A DNA stretch of 64,000 bases from Balamuthia mandrillaris (lineage: Eukaryota). Made by a program: the position numbers and the translations under genes. Within the stretch, counting starts at the first letter, position 1; each line of letters opens with the position of its first letter. The stretch spans positions 124,001-188,000 of the forward strand of contig JAVKOQ020000006.1 of NCBI GenBank assembly GCA_031835245.2, read 5' to 3'. The notes beneath the pieces were generated by a model. That model was not told the DNA's origin, ran no database searches, and saw only the letters and a program-made list of their open reading frames with translations. This document shows, piece by piece, positions 22,682 to 36,247 of the stretch.

Positions 22682-25022
22682 TTAGTTAGACTTGAAGGAG
22701 TAAGCGCCACCAGCTTCGTTTACCAAGCGTTGGAAATGTGGCACGCTTTTGTTGCACAGCGAGAATTTAGTCTAGCGCGAATGAAGAGAAGAAGAGAACG
22801 GAGAAACAAAGACATACCAATAGAACACATTATCAAGGTAAGCATACTCTGCCGTGTTCAGCGTCTTATTGCAAACGCTGCACTTGAAACAGCCCTTGTG
22901 GAAGTGCTTGCCGTTGGCAACGAGCCGCTCCATCGGATAGACGGTCTTGGAGCAGCCCACGCACTTGCTTGGCGTCATGTCGAGGTTGGTACTGCTGTCC
23001 GCCCGCGAGCGATCTACTGCCGTATTCTGTTTTTGGTTTGTCGTTTTGGTGTTAGTTTTGTTTTGCAAGAAGAAGAAGAAGCAAGAAGAACAAGAACAAG
23101 AACAAGAAGAACAACAACAACATAAGACAACATAAGACAACAACAACAACAAGAAGAAGAAGAAGAACAAGAAGAGGAACGAATAAGAAAGAAGACAGAA
23201 GAAAATACCTTTCTAGGAGCGACAGGAGCGCTATCCTCAATCTTATCTTTGAGGAGAGTGATGACGACCTGATCGGAGCTGCCTTGCATCAACATGTCTC
23301 CCTCGTACTGGACCACTCCCCTCTTCTTGGCCACGTTCAAGGTGGCGGCAAGAGCAGGCATGCTGCCGACCGTTCCATCGAACAACACCTGGAAGGTAAC
23401 CGTTGGCTTTGAACCTGCATTTTTTTGGTAATGTTTTTGTTTGGTTTTTGAGTTAACATAAGAAACACACAAAGTTAGGCAAGAGAGAGAAGAAGCAGAT
23501 GAAGAAGAAGGTTACCTCCGGTGCCGAGCCTTTTGACCTCGGTGATGAGGTTACGTATTTGTGTGTCCATCCATTTCACTCCTTTGTTCACGCGCTCGTT
23601 TGCCATATCGTCAAACTTTTATATAGGAACAAAATGAACAGGGTAAGGCCATTTGTAAGAAACAACGAAGGAGGGAAAAAAAAGCAAACGAACGGCTTGG
23701 TTCTTGGCGTCTTGTTTCTGTTGCATTTGACTTTCCCAAAGAGAAGCCACTGACTTGCCTTTCGTTGGAGCGACTTGGACGCGATCGTTGCTCACACTGG
23801 TTGGCATCGATTTGCTCTCTTTAGAAGGTACTTCTTTGACCCTGTTGAGTTGTTGTTCTGCTTCGGTCTTTTCTTTTTGTTTCTGTCGTTTGATGGCTTC
23901 CTCTCTTTCTTCGGCTTCTTTGCGACGCTTCGCCTCTTCTGCTTCCTGTTGTTGTCGTCGGAGTCTTTCTTCTTGTTCTCTTTGTTGCCGTTCTCGCTCC
24001 TTCCTTTCTTGCTCTTGTCTCTCTCTGTCTCGTCTTTCTTGTTCTTGTCGTTGTCGCTCTCTTTCTTGTTGCTGTCTCTCTCTTTCTTGCCTTTCCTGTT
24101 CTTGTCGTTGTCGGTCTCGTTCTCTTTCTTGTTCTTGTCGCTGTTTTTCTCGCACGATTCTTTCCTGTTCCTGACGTTCCCGTTCTTGTCGTTGCCGCTC
24201 CTGACGTTCTCGCTCTTGCCTCTCTCGCACGATTCTTTCCTGTTCCTGACGTTCTCTTTCTTGGCGTTGTCGCTCTCTCTCCTTTCTTTCTTGTTCTTGT
24301 TGCTGCCTTTCTATTTCTGCTCTTTCTTGTTCTTGTCTCTCTCTTTCTCTTCTTAGTCTTTCGACTTCTCGTTGTCTGTTGTCTTGCTCCTGTTGCTGGC
24401 GCTCTCTTTCTCTTTCTTGACGCTCGTACTCTCTTCTTTCTCTTTCTCTTTCTGCATCTTCCTGTTGACGTTTCCTTCGGAGCTCCTCTTCTCTTTCTTT
24501 TTGCTCCAAGAACGCTTTTCTTTCCAGTTCAGCTTTTTGTTGTCTCCTCTCCAAAGCTTCTTGATCCCTCCTCAATTTTTCTTGCAGCTCTCTTTCTCTC
24601 TCCTTCTCCTTCTCCTCCTCCTCAACAACTTTCTCCTTTCCTTTCGCCTTTTTGTCGTCCTTCTTCTTCTTTCCTTCTTTCTCCTTTTTGACTTTCTCTT
24701 TGCCCTTGGCATCTGCTCTGGCCTGTTTCTTCGCCTCTTCTTTGAGCTTCTTGCCCCTCTTTTTGCTGAGGCTTGCGGCCAGCTTCTTCTCTTCCTTCTC
24801 CTTCTTTTTGGCCTCCTTTTCTCTCTTCTTCATTTCTTTGGAGACCTTTTGCTTCTTCGTCGTGGCGGACTTTTTTGACTTTTTCTTTTTGTCGCCGCCG
24901 GCGTGAGCTTGGTTCAAGCCGTCATCGCTTTGTGATTTCTGGTTCCAGGACTCGATCAAGGCTCCCACTTGTCCTCCATCTCCTGCTGCTTTTGTCTCCT
25001 TTTTGCTTTTCGTTTTTCCCAT
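22682..25022 (-). CDS. Lys-rich N-terminus, long E/R/Q helical region, Costars domain and C-terminal LIM domain (putative actin-cytoskeleton protein); multi-exon
   Basis: Costars-like QIRNLITEVKRLG..VTFQVLFD..LAATLNVAKKRGVVQYEGDMLMQGSSDQVVITLL; LIM CVGCSKTVYPMERL..HKGCFKCSVC..YC; ATG at 25022 (MGKTKSKK). Confidence 0.85.
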
Positions 25023-25426
25023 TTTGCTTTTGTTCTTGTTTGTATAGTGCTGCTTTTTGCGCTTGTCTCTCGTTGCACTATTATGACAATTTTCTTTCTT
25101 CCTTTCTTTCTTTTTTTTTGTTTTAGCCTTCACTTAACCTGTAACGAACACCTATTTTTTTTGCGTAATAAAATGCGCCCGAAATAAAAAACATGTCTAT
25201 ATTAATTGGTGGCACGTGATCATCCTATAATCATTATAGAACGAAGCCGATTGGTCGCATTGTCGACATCATTCAATGTTACAGGAAATTTTGACTCTAC
25301 CACCTGGAGTTCACAAGGGGACTAGCGACTCTTAGCCTAGGAGGTCGGAAGGAAGCTTGATGTTCCAATGCTCAAGTTCGCACCTGAAACATCAGAGGCT
25401 GAAAAAAATGCAACATTTTTATTTTT

Positions 25427-28273
25427 TTAATTGCCTTCAGAGTTGTTGGCGGGAACTTGAAGACTCAATCTACGTTTATCACGTTTCTTGCTGGCTCGTT
25501 TGGCTCGTAAAGTACCTCCTACCGCGTTTACTCCGATTGCTTCTCGTGCCATGAAGGCGTGGAGGTCTTCCTCCGTATCAGGCGGCGAGTCAATGAGCAA
25601 AGGCGGCTGGATCACGTCGTCTGCTTTGGGCCTCCGCCGGAAGAGAGACGACCGTCTTCGCTTCTTCTTTGTCTCTTTGTTGTTGCCATCATCATGTTCC
25701 GAGTCTGTTGAATCTGTTGATAGTGCGAGATAATGGAGAGAGTTGTTTTGTTTGTTTGATTTGTGTTGTTCCTTCTGTTGTGTTTTCGATTTGTTGTTGT
25801 GATTGTGAACGACTTTGATACTGCTGTTTACGAGAGGCGAAGAGGCAGGAGAGATTGTGATGGGTGGTGTCTCTGTTTGCCCCACGGTAGCAGTTGAGGT
25901 CGTGGTCGTTCCAGCCCCACCTGCCTTTTTCTTCTGCAGAACCTCCGCCAACTCCAATGGTAGCTCCTGTCTGCTGTTCTTGTGGATGTTGGCCTTATGG
26001 AAATGGCCGTTATTCTGCTGGTTGCTGTTGTTTTTCTGTTGCGATTGCGATGGAGTTGCGGTGTGCCGAGGGCGTGCGGAGGATTCATGCTCCGCGGAGG
26101 ACGCGGAGGACTTGCAGGCAGGGCTCTCCAGGGAGGGCTCGCAGTTCCTGCTCCCCAGGAAGAGCTCCTTCTCGTTCAGCACCAACGGCGGGCGGCGGAG
26201 GTAGTCCTGGATGGGGTCCACCCGGCGGAGCTGGTAGCCCACGGCGGCGCAGGTGTTCATCGAGATCAGGACCTTGCCTAATAGGTTCATCTTATCGAAA
26301 TTTACCCAGCCTGAGGGGTCTTCCGTTCGATCCGGAATTTCCTCGATAAACGTCAGATCCGTCAAGTTGATGCCCTGAAAAGGTAAAATGGGGGGAACCC
26401 TCGTGGCGATCTCCGATCGATAATTGCGGTAATTCTGCTGAGGGTTCATGAGCTGCTCCATGTGGGCCAGCCGCTGGGCCGCCTTCTGGGGCACCCCCTT
26501 CCACGCCCCCTTCAGCCGCTGGATGCAGCTCATGTTGAGGGCGGTGTAGATCTCCATCAGCCCGTTGAAGTTGTTGAGGGCGAGGCAGTGCTGCAGCCCC
26601 CAACAATGGAGAATGATGGGAGGAATGGAGAATGATGGGAGGTGGAATGGAGAGGGAGGAGGAGGAGGAATGCAGAGAGCAATGTTCACAAGCAATGGAG
26701 AGCGAACGAGAGCAGAGAGGTGATTGTTGTCAGTAAGAGAGAATACGAAAAAAAGAAACATGCACAACAAACGAACATGCAAACACACAGAATAGACAAC
26801 AAAACCAGAAAACCAAACTCACCTCTGCCACTTCAATAAATCTCTGGAGGACGGTGGAGCGTTGTTTAGGATTTGGCGTCATGATGATCTCCGTGGCGAC
26901 CCAGTAACACACCTGATTGAAGCGGTCGATCCATCGAATGACGTTGGGAGCGAGCCCGTAGTCGTTCTTGCTCCAGGCCTTGCGAAAGTATTCGTCACGT
27001 TTGATGGACCGGAATATCTCAAAGTCGATGATGGTGAGCTGTCGAGCCACCTCCAAAGGATGAAAGTCCAGAAAGCCGCCATTCACTCGCATTGGTACCA
27101 ACGAGGCGGGTGCGCCCTTCAAAGTTGCCCCTCTGCTTCGTACATTGCCCGCTCTCGCCTTTGATCGCAAACGAACAAGAGTGAGGTGAGGAATATTATA
27201 GAGAGCAGATGAAACTGCTGTGAATAGTGAAGAGGGGCTTACTCTGGCGATCTTGAGGTGTCCAACCCATTTCAAGGACTCGGGAGAGCCCTCCAAATCC
27301 TCCTGGAAGCCATCCAAAGCCTCCATCAATGCTGTGCTGTTCTGAAAATCCTCATAATAAGATTCCAGCCACTTCTTCACAATGTTCAATATTCTGTTGA
27401 AAAAAGAAAGCATAAAGCAGATGAGAAAACCGTTGCAAGAAAGACTCTAGAACGAAACACAAACCTGAGTTGAATGTACAGAATAGCTTGTTTGGTCTCA
27501 GCGCTGATGGAAGCAGCCTGACTTTTTCTAGTAAGCTGCACGAACCTATGTCTCAGCTTCTTGATGAAGCTCAAGCTGTCGATAAAGTACTTGTGGGTGG
27601 CCAGAAACACGTCCACGTATTCTTTGTCCTGAACGTCAACGTTGGCCAGAGCCAACACCAACGCTTCGACGGTGCCGCAGGTGATCACTTTGGTGCCATT
27701 GCCCAAAATACGATACATCAACTCAGAGTTGCTCTCCTTTGGACACAACAGAGCGGTGAGCGACTCTTCTTCCTCCTCCTCTTCCTCCTCTTGTTCTTCT
27801 TGCTCTTTCGCTTCGTCATTTTCTCTTTCGACATCTCCAGTTTTTGTTTCTTTGCTCCTTCCTTGTTGCTCGTCTTCTGCTTTTGGGGCATTGCTATCTT
27901 CTTTGCCTCTTGCTCTTCTTCCTCTTGCGGCTCTGCCTCCTTCTCCTGGCTGCTTTGCCGGTCTTCTTTGTCGCATGGTAATAAACCTTTGCGTCACTTC
28001 GTTGTGAAGTTTCAGCTCCGCTTGAGCCAAATCGGTCTCTGAAGCAGATTCCTCTCCGCCGCTTTCTTCTGTTGTGTCTGTTTCTTGGTCTTTCTCTTTG
28101 GGCGTCGCCTTGGCAGCCGCTGTTGCGTTTGAAGAGGAGGAAGAAGAAAGGGAGGAGGAAGAACGAGTGACTTCGCTTGAAAGAGTGTACGCTCTCTCTT
28201 TCGTGCGGTATATTTGTTCTGGAGAGAAATCCCTACAACAATGTTATCAAAACAAAGAAAGATAAGTGAAGAG

Positions 28274-28314
<41 letters not shown>

Positions 28315-30316
28315 CAGGACAACAAACGCACCAAGAATTCAGAAACGGTACGCTTTTGTATCTTTTCAGCGGTGAGGGCGCGATGTCCAGAAACACGTCG
28401 TCACGCATCTGCTTTCCTCCGGCATGACTTTCTTTTTCCTCCTCATTCCCAACAGTATCAATAGTCTTTCGCGGGCGCGTGGGAGAACCGGTGTTGCTCC
28501 GTGCACGCCGTGGTTCTTGGCCCACTCTTCCCATAGAATATCTTCGCCCTGCCAACAGCTCCGATGCCGATACGGGCTTTATGCGTCTTTCTTCTCCCCC
28601 TGTCTCTTCTTGAATCAAGTTTCTCATTGTAGCAAATGAAGCAGGGGCTCTGGTTATTGATGGAGGAACAAACGGAGCCAAAGAAAGAGGAGAAGAAGGA
28701 ACATGCTCTCGTCGTGCCTGTTCGTTTTCTTGTTCTAACTCCCAATTCAACTGAGAAGAAGTTGGAGAAAGTTGCTGTTTTGTGGTTGATACCGGTTGTT
28801 GTATATTTGGTGATTTGTACTGTTTGCCGTCTTCAATGTCTTCAGCGTTGTTGTTGCTACTGGTGAACGTGGATTGCTTAAACTGACGAAGCAACTCTTC
28901 TTTACTTTGGTGCAACCACGAAAGCATCGGCGCGTTTAACCGTCGATTGACAACCATTTTCTTTTTGGGTTCCTTGCTCAAAGAAGAAGAAGAACAAGAA
29001 GAAGAAGGAGAAGAAGAAGAAGAAGAAATCTTCAAAGCGTTGTGTGCATCCCGTTGTGTATTTCCTTCTGCGTCTTTTTTTCGTTCTCTCTCTTCTTCAG
29101 CTGCTTTTCCTGCTTGTTCTTTCGTTGATCGTTTTCGTAGTTTGCTTTCTGACGATGTTGTGGTTGACGTTGGCGACGTTGTTGATGTTTTCTTTTTTTT
29201 CTCTTTATGATTCCCTCGAGAACTATATGAAGATGAAGAAGATGAAGAGGACGAAGAAGAAGAGGAAGCGGAACCCGTGACGTTGTTACCGGCAAGATAG
29301 GAGTCGAGCAGGTCTTTCGATGCTCTTCGATCGATCACCATCGGGTTCGTACTCGTGGATGAGGGCCGTGGGGTTGTTGAAATCACGTTTGAGGAGGAAG
29401 AGGGGGTTGCTAAGTGCGTACCAGAAGCAGTAGACGAAGAAGCGACCTTTTTCCGAACTGCTTTTTTCACTGTATTGATTGCACCATCCGACTCCGTCAG
29501 ACTTCTTCTTATTCGAGCGGACTTGGGTCGTTTCGCATCTTCTTTGTGTTGCCCCGAAACAGAGGAAGGAAGCAAAAGTGGAGGGAGAGTGCGAACTGGC
29601 TGGCCTGTAGCCGACGTTGTAGTGTTGGAGGTGGACGAAGAAGTGGAGGCAGGAGGCTGTGCTTGTTCTTCTTGTTGAGGGGCACGTTTGCGATGACGTC
29701 GCAAGCTGCTGTGGTTGCTGCTGCTGTTCTTTCTAAGCAACCTCTCGTCGTTGGAACGGCGAGGCCTTGCATTGGTGCTGTTGAGGGCACTGGCAGCGGC
29801 TTCAAGAAGAATAAGATCTCCGCTTTGGCTCGACGTTTTGGAACGGAGAAACCCTTCTTTTCTGGTGGAAACAGAAGCTGAAGAAGAAGAAAACGACGAA
29901 GAGAAGGAAGAGGATTTCGGTGATGATCTATTCTCTGTTTTACTTTGCAGGCCAGGTTTCATGGAAGAGACGGTGGCTTCAGTTTCAGAAGGAGGAGGGG
30001 GTTGTTGGTGTTGTTGAGGCTCGGGCAACATCCCAAAGCTCATGGAGACGGGCCGAGGTTTTTTTCTTCGCTCGGAAAGAGAGCCACCACGAGAAGAGCC
30101 GGGGCCTTTCCTTCTTTGACGGAAGACATCTTCTTCTGTTGTCGTCGTCGCTGAAGAAGAAGCAGACGGGTCTCGGCGTTTATGTTGTATGGAGTGACTG
30201 CGAAGGGATGATCTCGTTTTGTGCTTTTCTGCTGGTGCCACTTCCTCTTCTTCTCCCCTCTCCACTTTCTTCTTTTTCTTTGTTGCCTTTGTTGCTTGCT
30301 GTTGTGGTTCTGCCAT
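25427..30316 (-). CDS. Ras guanine-nucleotide exchange factor (REM + CDC25 domains) with long low-complexity N-terminus; multi-exon
   Basis: GTVEALVLAL..YVDVFLATHKYF (REM); PLEVARQLTIIDFEIFRSI, WVATEI, LNNFNGLMEI, YRNYR, LPFQGINLTDLTFIEE, VNFDKM. The exact 3' end is uncertain because a short final exon is possible. Confidence 0.93.
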
Positions 30317-30636
30317 CTTTATTCCCAATAGCAGTTGTTGTTTTTTGTATTGTTTGTTCGCTTGCTTGCTAGCTGTTTGGGTTGTTTGTTTGTTTGTTTG
30401 TATTCCCTTCCCTCTTGCTTCTCTATTTTTTTTTTTTTTTTTTTTTGTGAGACAGAAACGAAACCGAGTGGTATCGAGGAAACATATAAACAAGAGATCG
30501 AAAGGACGTCCTCCTAAATCCATATTTGGTAAGTAAGTGACGTGTATTTCATCATTTTAAGATAAACATGACATCACTTACTCTTACAAAAGGAAATTCG
30601 GTAAGATCTCCTCGCCCAAAAAGAGAAGAAAGCTGC

Positions 30637-33600
30637 TCATCGTTCTTTGTCTTCTTCTTTGTTGGCGTCGTCGTCGTGATCGCCCACGAGAGTGACCGTC
30701 ATGCTCTCTTTGTCCCTTCCGCCCACCACGTAAGGGGCAATGCTGCGTTCGGGCCTGTGAACCAAGTGCACTCCAAACAAAATCATTCCCTTTTTCAAAA
30801 ACCACAAAAAGTGAGCAATAAATAGGAGAGAGAGAGAGAGAGAACAAACTTTGAAACGACGATAAGTGGCAAGAGTGAGTAATGGGGTTTTGTTATGCGT
30901 TCCTGTCTTTTGATTAACGCACACCATTTGACAACGACTACATGCTCCAACAGACTGGTTTCAGAAACAAAGAAGTTAGTGAGAGTGAGAGAGAGAGAGA
31001 GAGAGAGAGAAAGGGTAGAAGAATAAAAATAAGTACCTCAAAAAGCTGTCCTCCAATATACATCTGTTGAAAAGCAGGGCTGTCTTCCATGAATGCATAT
31101 CCTCCCTTCAACACAAAGTTTGGCCGAAACCGAGTCGCCTCCACCTCTTCCACTTCTCCTTCTTCCTCCCCCTTTTCTTTCCCTCTCTCTTTCATTCTTC
31201 TGTTCAAGTCTTTCACGCTTTCTTCCAACACGACCAAAAACTGCGCTTCATTCGCAAACGCAATCTTTGCTTGTTCTTTCTCCTCCTTCCCTTCTTTCTT
31301 CTTGCTCTTTTGTCGACGGAGGTGATGAGAAAGCGGAGAACGTCGAACGAGAAAGGCTGGTTGAAACAAGAAACGACTCCACCAACCCGTTACTCGCTCC
31401 TCTCGATAGATTCTTCCTTTGCCGATGTCCCCACTGCCGCACACTTTGAGGTCTATTTCTTCTTCCGGAAAGTGGCTCAGCGGCAGCCAGAGCTTCTCCA
31501 TGCCGTCCGCCTCAAGAACTAACCATCCATTCTTCCACTTATCTTCTCTTTCTTCATCTCCTTCAATTTGTTGTTCTGTTGCTTCTCTTTCTTTTTGTTG
31601 ATATTCCTCTTCTTGTCTTTGCTCCTCAGTGTGTTGTTTGTTGAAGATGATGCTGCAATGAACGCGGCATAAGGCAGGACATCTCTTCTGATTGAGACCA
31701 CGAAACGCCTCGTCGACCACCATCCACTCGCGATCGTAGAGAAGTCCTTGTTCTCCTAAAGGCCATCCTTCTTCACAAGATGAAGAAGAAGAAGAAGAAG
31801 AAGAAAAGACTTCAAAGCCGCCACATGACTTAACAGGATACACAATGACAGAAGAGAGTTCTAGGTTGTTGTGAGTGGAAGTGGATGTTGGGGATGGCGT
31901 TGAAATAGAGGAAAGAGAGCAGTTCGTTGAAGTATCTACAAAGTACTCTTTTATGAAAGACAACAACCGCTGTGGTATGTTTTGTAAGAATGGCTGATTA
32001 ATCACATGAAACAAAACGAGCAAGCAAGCAAGCAACAAAAAGAGAGAAAGGAGAAGAGGGAAAACCTCAATGTCTTCCCAAGAGCTCATATAGCCTAGAG
32101 AGACTCGTACAGCTCCTGTTGGCTTCCCATGGCAAATGTCTTGATCGTCCCAACAAACATGACCCGCCTGTTATGTTTTTAAGCGTAAAATTTTAGTATG
32201 ATGATAAATGATAATAGAAAGAGAAATAGAAGAACGAGGAAAAACGAACCTCTAGATTCTCTCGAACTTCATCCAGAGAGAGATTCAAATACCTATGACA
32301 AGCGCCGGGATTACAAAAGCAACCACCACGAAGATGAATGCCAGCCACTGCAGCCAACTTTTCCACCTGCCGATAGCCTACCCAACCTCCATTGCTTTTC
32401 CTCAGGTTGAAGCTCAGGATAGGACCAAATGAAGAAGAAGAAGAAGAAGAAGAAGAAGAAGAAGAAGAAGAAGAAGAAGAAGAACGGCCGTATACAGTAA
32501 CTACAGGACGTCCATTGTTGTGTCGAAGAGACTCTAGTTCTTGATGAAGATAACGAATTAGAGTAGAAGTATGTCGTGCAATAGCATGAATGCCTCCTTC
32601 AATTCGCCCTTCCGCAACTTCGTTGTTGAGCACTTCTTTTGCAACAGGTTCGAAAATGGGAAGGAAGTGACGAAGTGATGTGATGTTGAGAAAAGGGAGA
32701 GAACCATCCTCGAAACGTTCATGGAAAGAGTCGCTATCTTTGGCGGCTTGGTTACGAAGAACGTGAAAGCGTTCGCCAGCAGATGACGCGGCAATCGTTC
32801 CTCCTCCGAAATAAGTTTTTCTTAAGATAGATGCAGCTTCTATTGTTCATAGTTGTTGTTTTTGTTTTCGTTAAAAGAAGAAAAACCAAAACAAGAAAGA
32901 TGATGAAACCTTTCTTTACGATCAACGCGCCAAGACCAGAGGGATAGCCAAACATCTTGTAGAACGAGATCGCAACAAAGTCAGCCGGATACCGGCTTAA
33001 ATCCAATGGCGCGTTGGCTGCCAGTGCCGCTGCATCCACCATCACGTACCACCTTTTTAAAAAAAACAAAAATAAAAAAGTTACAAAGAGTAACCAAAGA
33101 AGAATCATTATAACCAGCAATAAAAACAACAAAAAAGTTACAAACAAAACAAAAAACAAGCAATATCAACTCACCGTCGTTTAGCTCGTTGTTGTTTATC
33201 TTCTGCAATTGCGGATGATGAAGATGGAAAAATTACTTTGGTCGGAAGCTTTTCTACTTCTACTGTGTCGTTGTGGTAACGATGGATCCATCGCAAGTCA
33301 TGTTTCTTGCCAGTAAAGTTACATTCTCCGGGAAAGACAAAAAGTCCCAAAGGACAATGATTGTCCTCGGCCGTCTCTGTTACGTTTGGGAGGTCTTGTT
33401 GTTCTTGTTTTTGAGAGGCAGCAGAGGACCAATGCGCGTCGTGTTCTTCCAAGTCCACCATTGCACAATTGGATCCTTTCTCTGCTGCATATCTATTCCA
33501 AAAGAAAGCAAAGAAAAGCCATTAGAAAAATAAGAATCAACAGACAACGGAGAAACACGGAGAACAAGAGAGAAGCGGGGTAGTAAAGAACGAGGAACAT

Positions 33601-34325
33601 AAAACTAGAGAGGAGTGAGGAAACGGACAGAGAAAGAGTGTGTGTGTGTGTGTGTGTGTATGTGGAGGAGAAGAGAAAAGCTAGAAAGAGGAAACTAACT
33701 CTCTGATGCCAAGAACTGAGTTGTGACTATCCAACGAGTATCTGAACTCGCTGGAGGCGGACCATGGGAAGCACTCTCCCACCAACTTTAAAGCGGCGGT
33801 GCATCCATGCGTGAAGATGAGGCCATACTCTGTGGGCGAAGCGTTGAACAGGCGCAACACCCTGTGCCGAACGTGTTGCACTCTCTCCAGCGTGGTCGCT
33901 GAGGATGGATTTTGGCTGTCTGCACCGCAACAAAAATAAGAGAAGAGCAGAGAGCAGAGAGCAGAGAGCAGAGAGCAGAGCAGAGCGCAGAGCGCAGAGA
34001 GACGAAGTGCAGAGAGAAGAGTGAAAGAGAAAAATAATACGTGTGTTGCCAAGCAAGCAAGTGTTGAGGTCCTTCACGGCTTCCATCAACAACGTCTCAG
34101 AATGGAGCGTTGCGCCAGCATGGTCCAGGTACGTCACACCTTTTTTTTTTTCAAAAAAAAAAAATAAAGTTTTGTTTCTCAATCAGTGCTTAAGGAGAGT
34201 AAAAGAGAGAGCATACCGGCAAGCCTTGAAAACTGCGTGTTTCGTATGCGTTCCAAGCGGCCTCCATAGCCATAGTCCTCTCCGAACCGTTGCAAGAAGC
34301 TTTGCTTTCTTTCTTCTTCGTTCAT
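30637..34325 (-). CDS. MOCOS: Molybdenum cofactor sulfurase (NifS-like PLP domain + MOSC domain); multi-exon
   Basis: [92 protein letters not shown]. Confidence 0.93.
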
Positions 34326-34712
34326 TTTTTGTTTCACTTTTCTACTTTCAGCCTATTAGGGTTTTGATACCTATTCCAACCTAATAGAATGCGGTGTTGA
34401 CCCGTTTATCGATTTATTTGAAATTTTTGGATTTGTGGGTGCATATCGATTATTCTCGATTATTGTTCCAATATCGATTTGAGCATACATATATGTCTTC
34501 AATGTTGCCTTTCTTTTTCTTCTGTCTGTCCTTTCTTCCTTTCTTACTTCGTTATGCAATGTTTTATATCGTTTTGCACAACAACTTCAACAAAGTTGTT
34601 GTTATTTCTTTCGTTTGGTCGAAAAAATAGATAAAATTGATTTAAATACAATTTGTTAAATATAAATTCATCGAATGTTTTTTTTTTTCAAAAAAAAGTG
34701 AGAATAGACGAG

Positions 34713-35849
34713 TCATGCAGTAAGAAGCCCAATCTCCTCATCCAACCGCCGAATGGTCTTCTTCGGCACGTAGGAAAGGACATGCAAAGCCAATCCTACC
34801 ACAAGGATTGACAGCAACCATGCTATCACCTCTCTTCCTCCGTCTTCTGCTCTTTCTTTCTCCACCTTTTCTTTCTGCTTTTCTTTCACGTTCGCTTTCC
34901 GCCCATCATTTTCTGCTTCTCCTCCCTCCTCTCCTTCTTCTGCTTCATCTTCCATCATCGCCATTCCTTCTTCCTCTCCTCCTTGTTCAGTAATCGTCGT
35001 TGGTGTTGTTGTTCCACCAAACATCACAAAGAGACCAAAGCAAATGGATAGCACGGAGCAAAGATAGATGAAGCTACCCCATCGACGATGAACCGATTGT
35101 AAACGGAGAAGTTGTTGGAGGGCGGAGAGAGTCACCCGCGGCAAGTACCGCATGCGAAAGCCCCACGCTGCTTGCAGACTTGCACCGAATAGTGTGAATA
35201 ACCCTTTGGTATGTGCGTTTGTTCAGAATAAGAAGTAAAGAGGAGAAAGCAAAGAACGAAAGAAGAAAGGAAGAGCGATGACAAGAAGAAGAGGAAACAG
35301 AAGGAGAAGAAAGAAGAAGAAGAAGAAGAAGAAGAAGAAGAAGAAGAAGAAGAACAAGAAGAAGAAGAAGAAGAACAAGAACAAGAACAAGAAGAAGAAC
35401 AAGAACAAGAACAAGAAGAAGAAGAAGAACAATTTCTTGGGAGCAAATACCAATCCAAGAATGCCAAGACTGAAAATGGGGCTCTCCCTCTTTCAGCTTC
35501 GCCAAAAGGACGGCCATGAAGGCGAGCAACGCACAGCAGAGCGACCCGCATTGCAGGTAGTAGTGCACCGTGGCCAGGTACACCCGTTGATCCGACTTCA
35601 AATATTTGGAAACCAAAACACCTTTTGTTTTTTTTAAAGATCGATCAAAAAAAAATCAGCTGGTGGCAAAACAAAAAACAAGCTACCATCAATCAACATA
35701 CCTTCGCTCATCAGAGTGAAAGCGAGGAGCATCAACGCTGGATGCCATAAGAAAAGCACATTGGCCTGAAAGTAGAAGAGCAAGAAACAGAGAGGCACCG
35801 AGAGCAACGCCGCATGGGTGAGTGCCGTTTGGGGGTTTACTCCTCCCAT
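34713..35849 (-). CDS. Cytochrome b561 domain protein (CYB561D1/D2-like transmembrane reductase); 3 exons
   Basis: FLWHPALMLLAF..MSEG, VHYYLQ, HFQSWHSWIG and HRRWG: four haem-ligand His motifs in a multi-TM protein. Confidence 0.85.
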
Positions 35850-36247
35850 CTGAGGATCAAAGTTTTTGTGTTTTCTTTCAGTTTTAATTTTCATGTCGAC
35901 CTTATTAGTATTATGAAGCAGCGTCGACACGAATATGTCTGTATTTTTCGTGTCGACGCGAAACACACGCACCCCCCTTTGCCTTTTGCGACACGCTTTT
36001 TCGTGGACGGTAAGGGAGAAGGTCGTGCCAAAGCGCGGGGAAGCACGAAAAAAAAAAAGGGGGGGGAAGGAAAAGCCCACGATGAGACAGCTTCTTCACC
36101 CTCGGTCTTCCCAACGAATAACGAGTACTTAGTCCTACGAAAGGGGAGGGGACAAAGGGTGAAAAAAAAAAACAAAAAAATTAAAGAGAAAAGAAAAAGG
36201 GCAAAAAAAAATATAAAAATAAATCTGGTGGTCTATTTGTTTGGCTT

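Noticed and set aside
23755..24906. Cys/Ser/Leu-rich plus-strand ORFs
   Set aside because: Antisense shadows of the E/R/Q-repeat exon on the minus strand.
25336..25360. aggtcggaaggaagc resembling SRP RNA helix 8
   Set aside because: The stem is a base short, the AGCAG side is not conserved, and no flanking SRP helices are apparent.
25357..25395. SECIS element in the RasGEF 3' region
   Set aside because: The 3' arm is Watson-Crick complementary (atca) rather than forming the GA/GA quartet, and no in-frame Sec UGA was seen.
11143..30316. RasGAP and RasGEF as a linked signalling module
   Set aside because: They are 10 kb apart with five unrelated genes between, and both families are large in amoebae.
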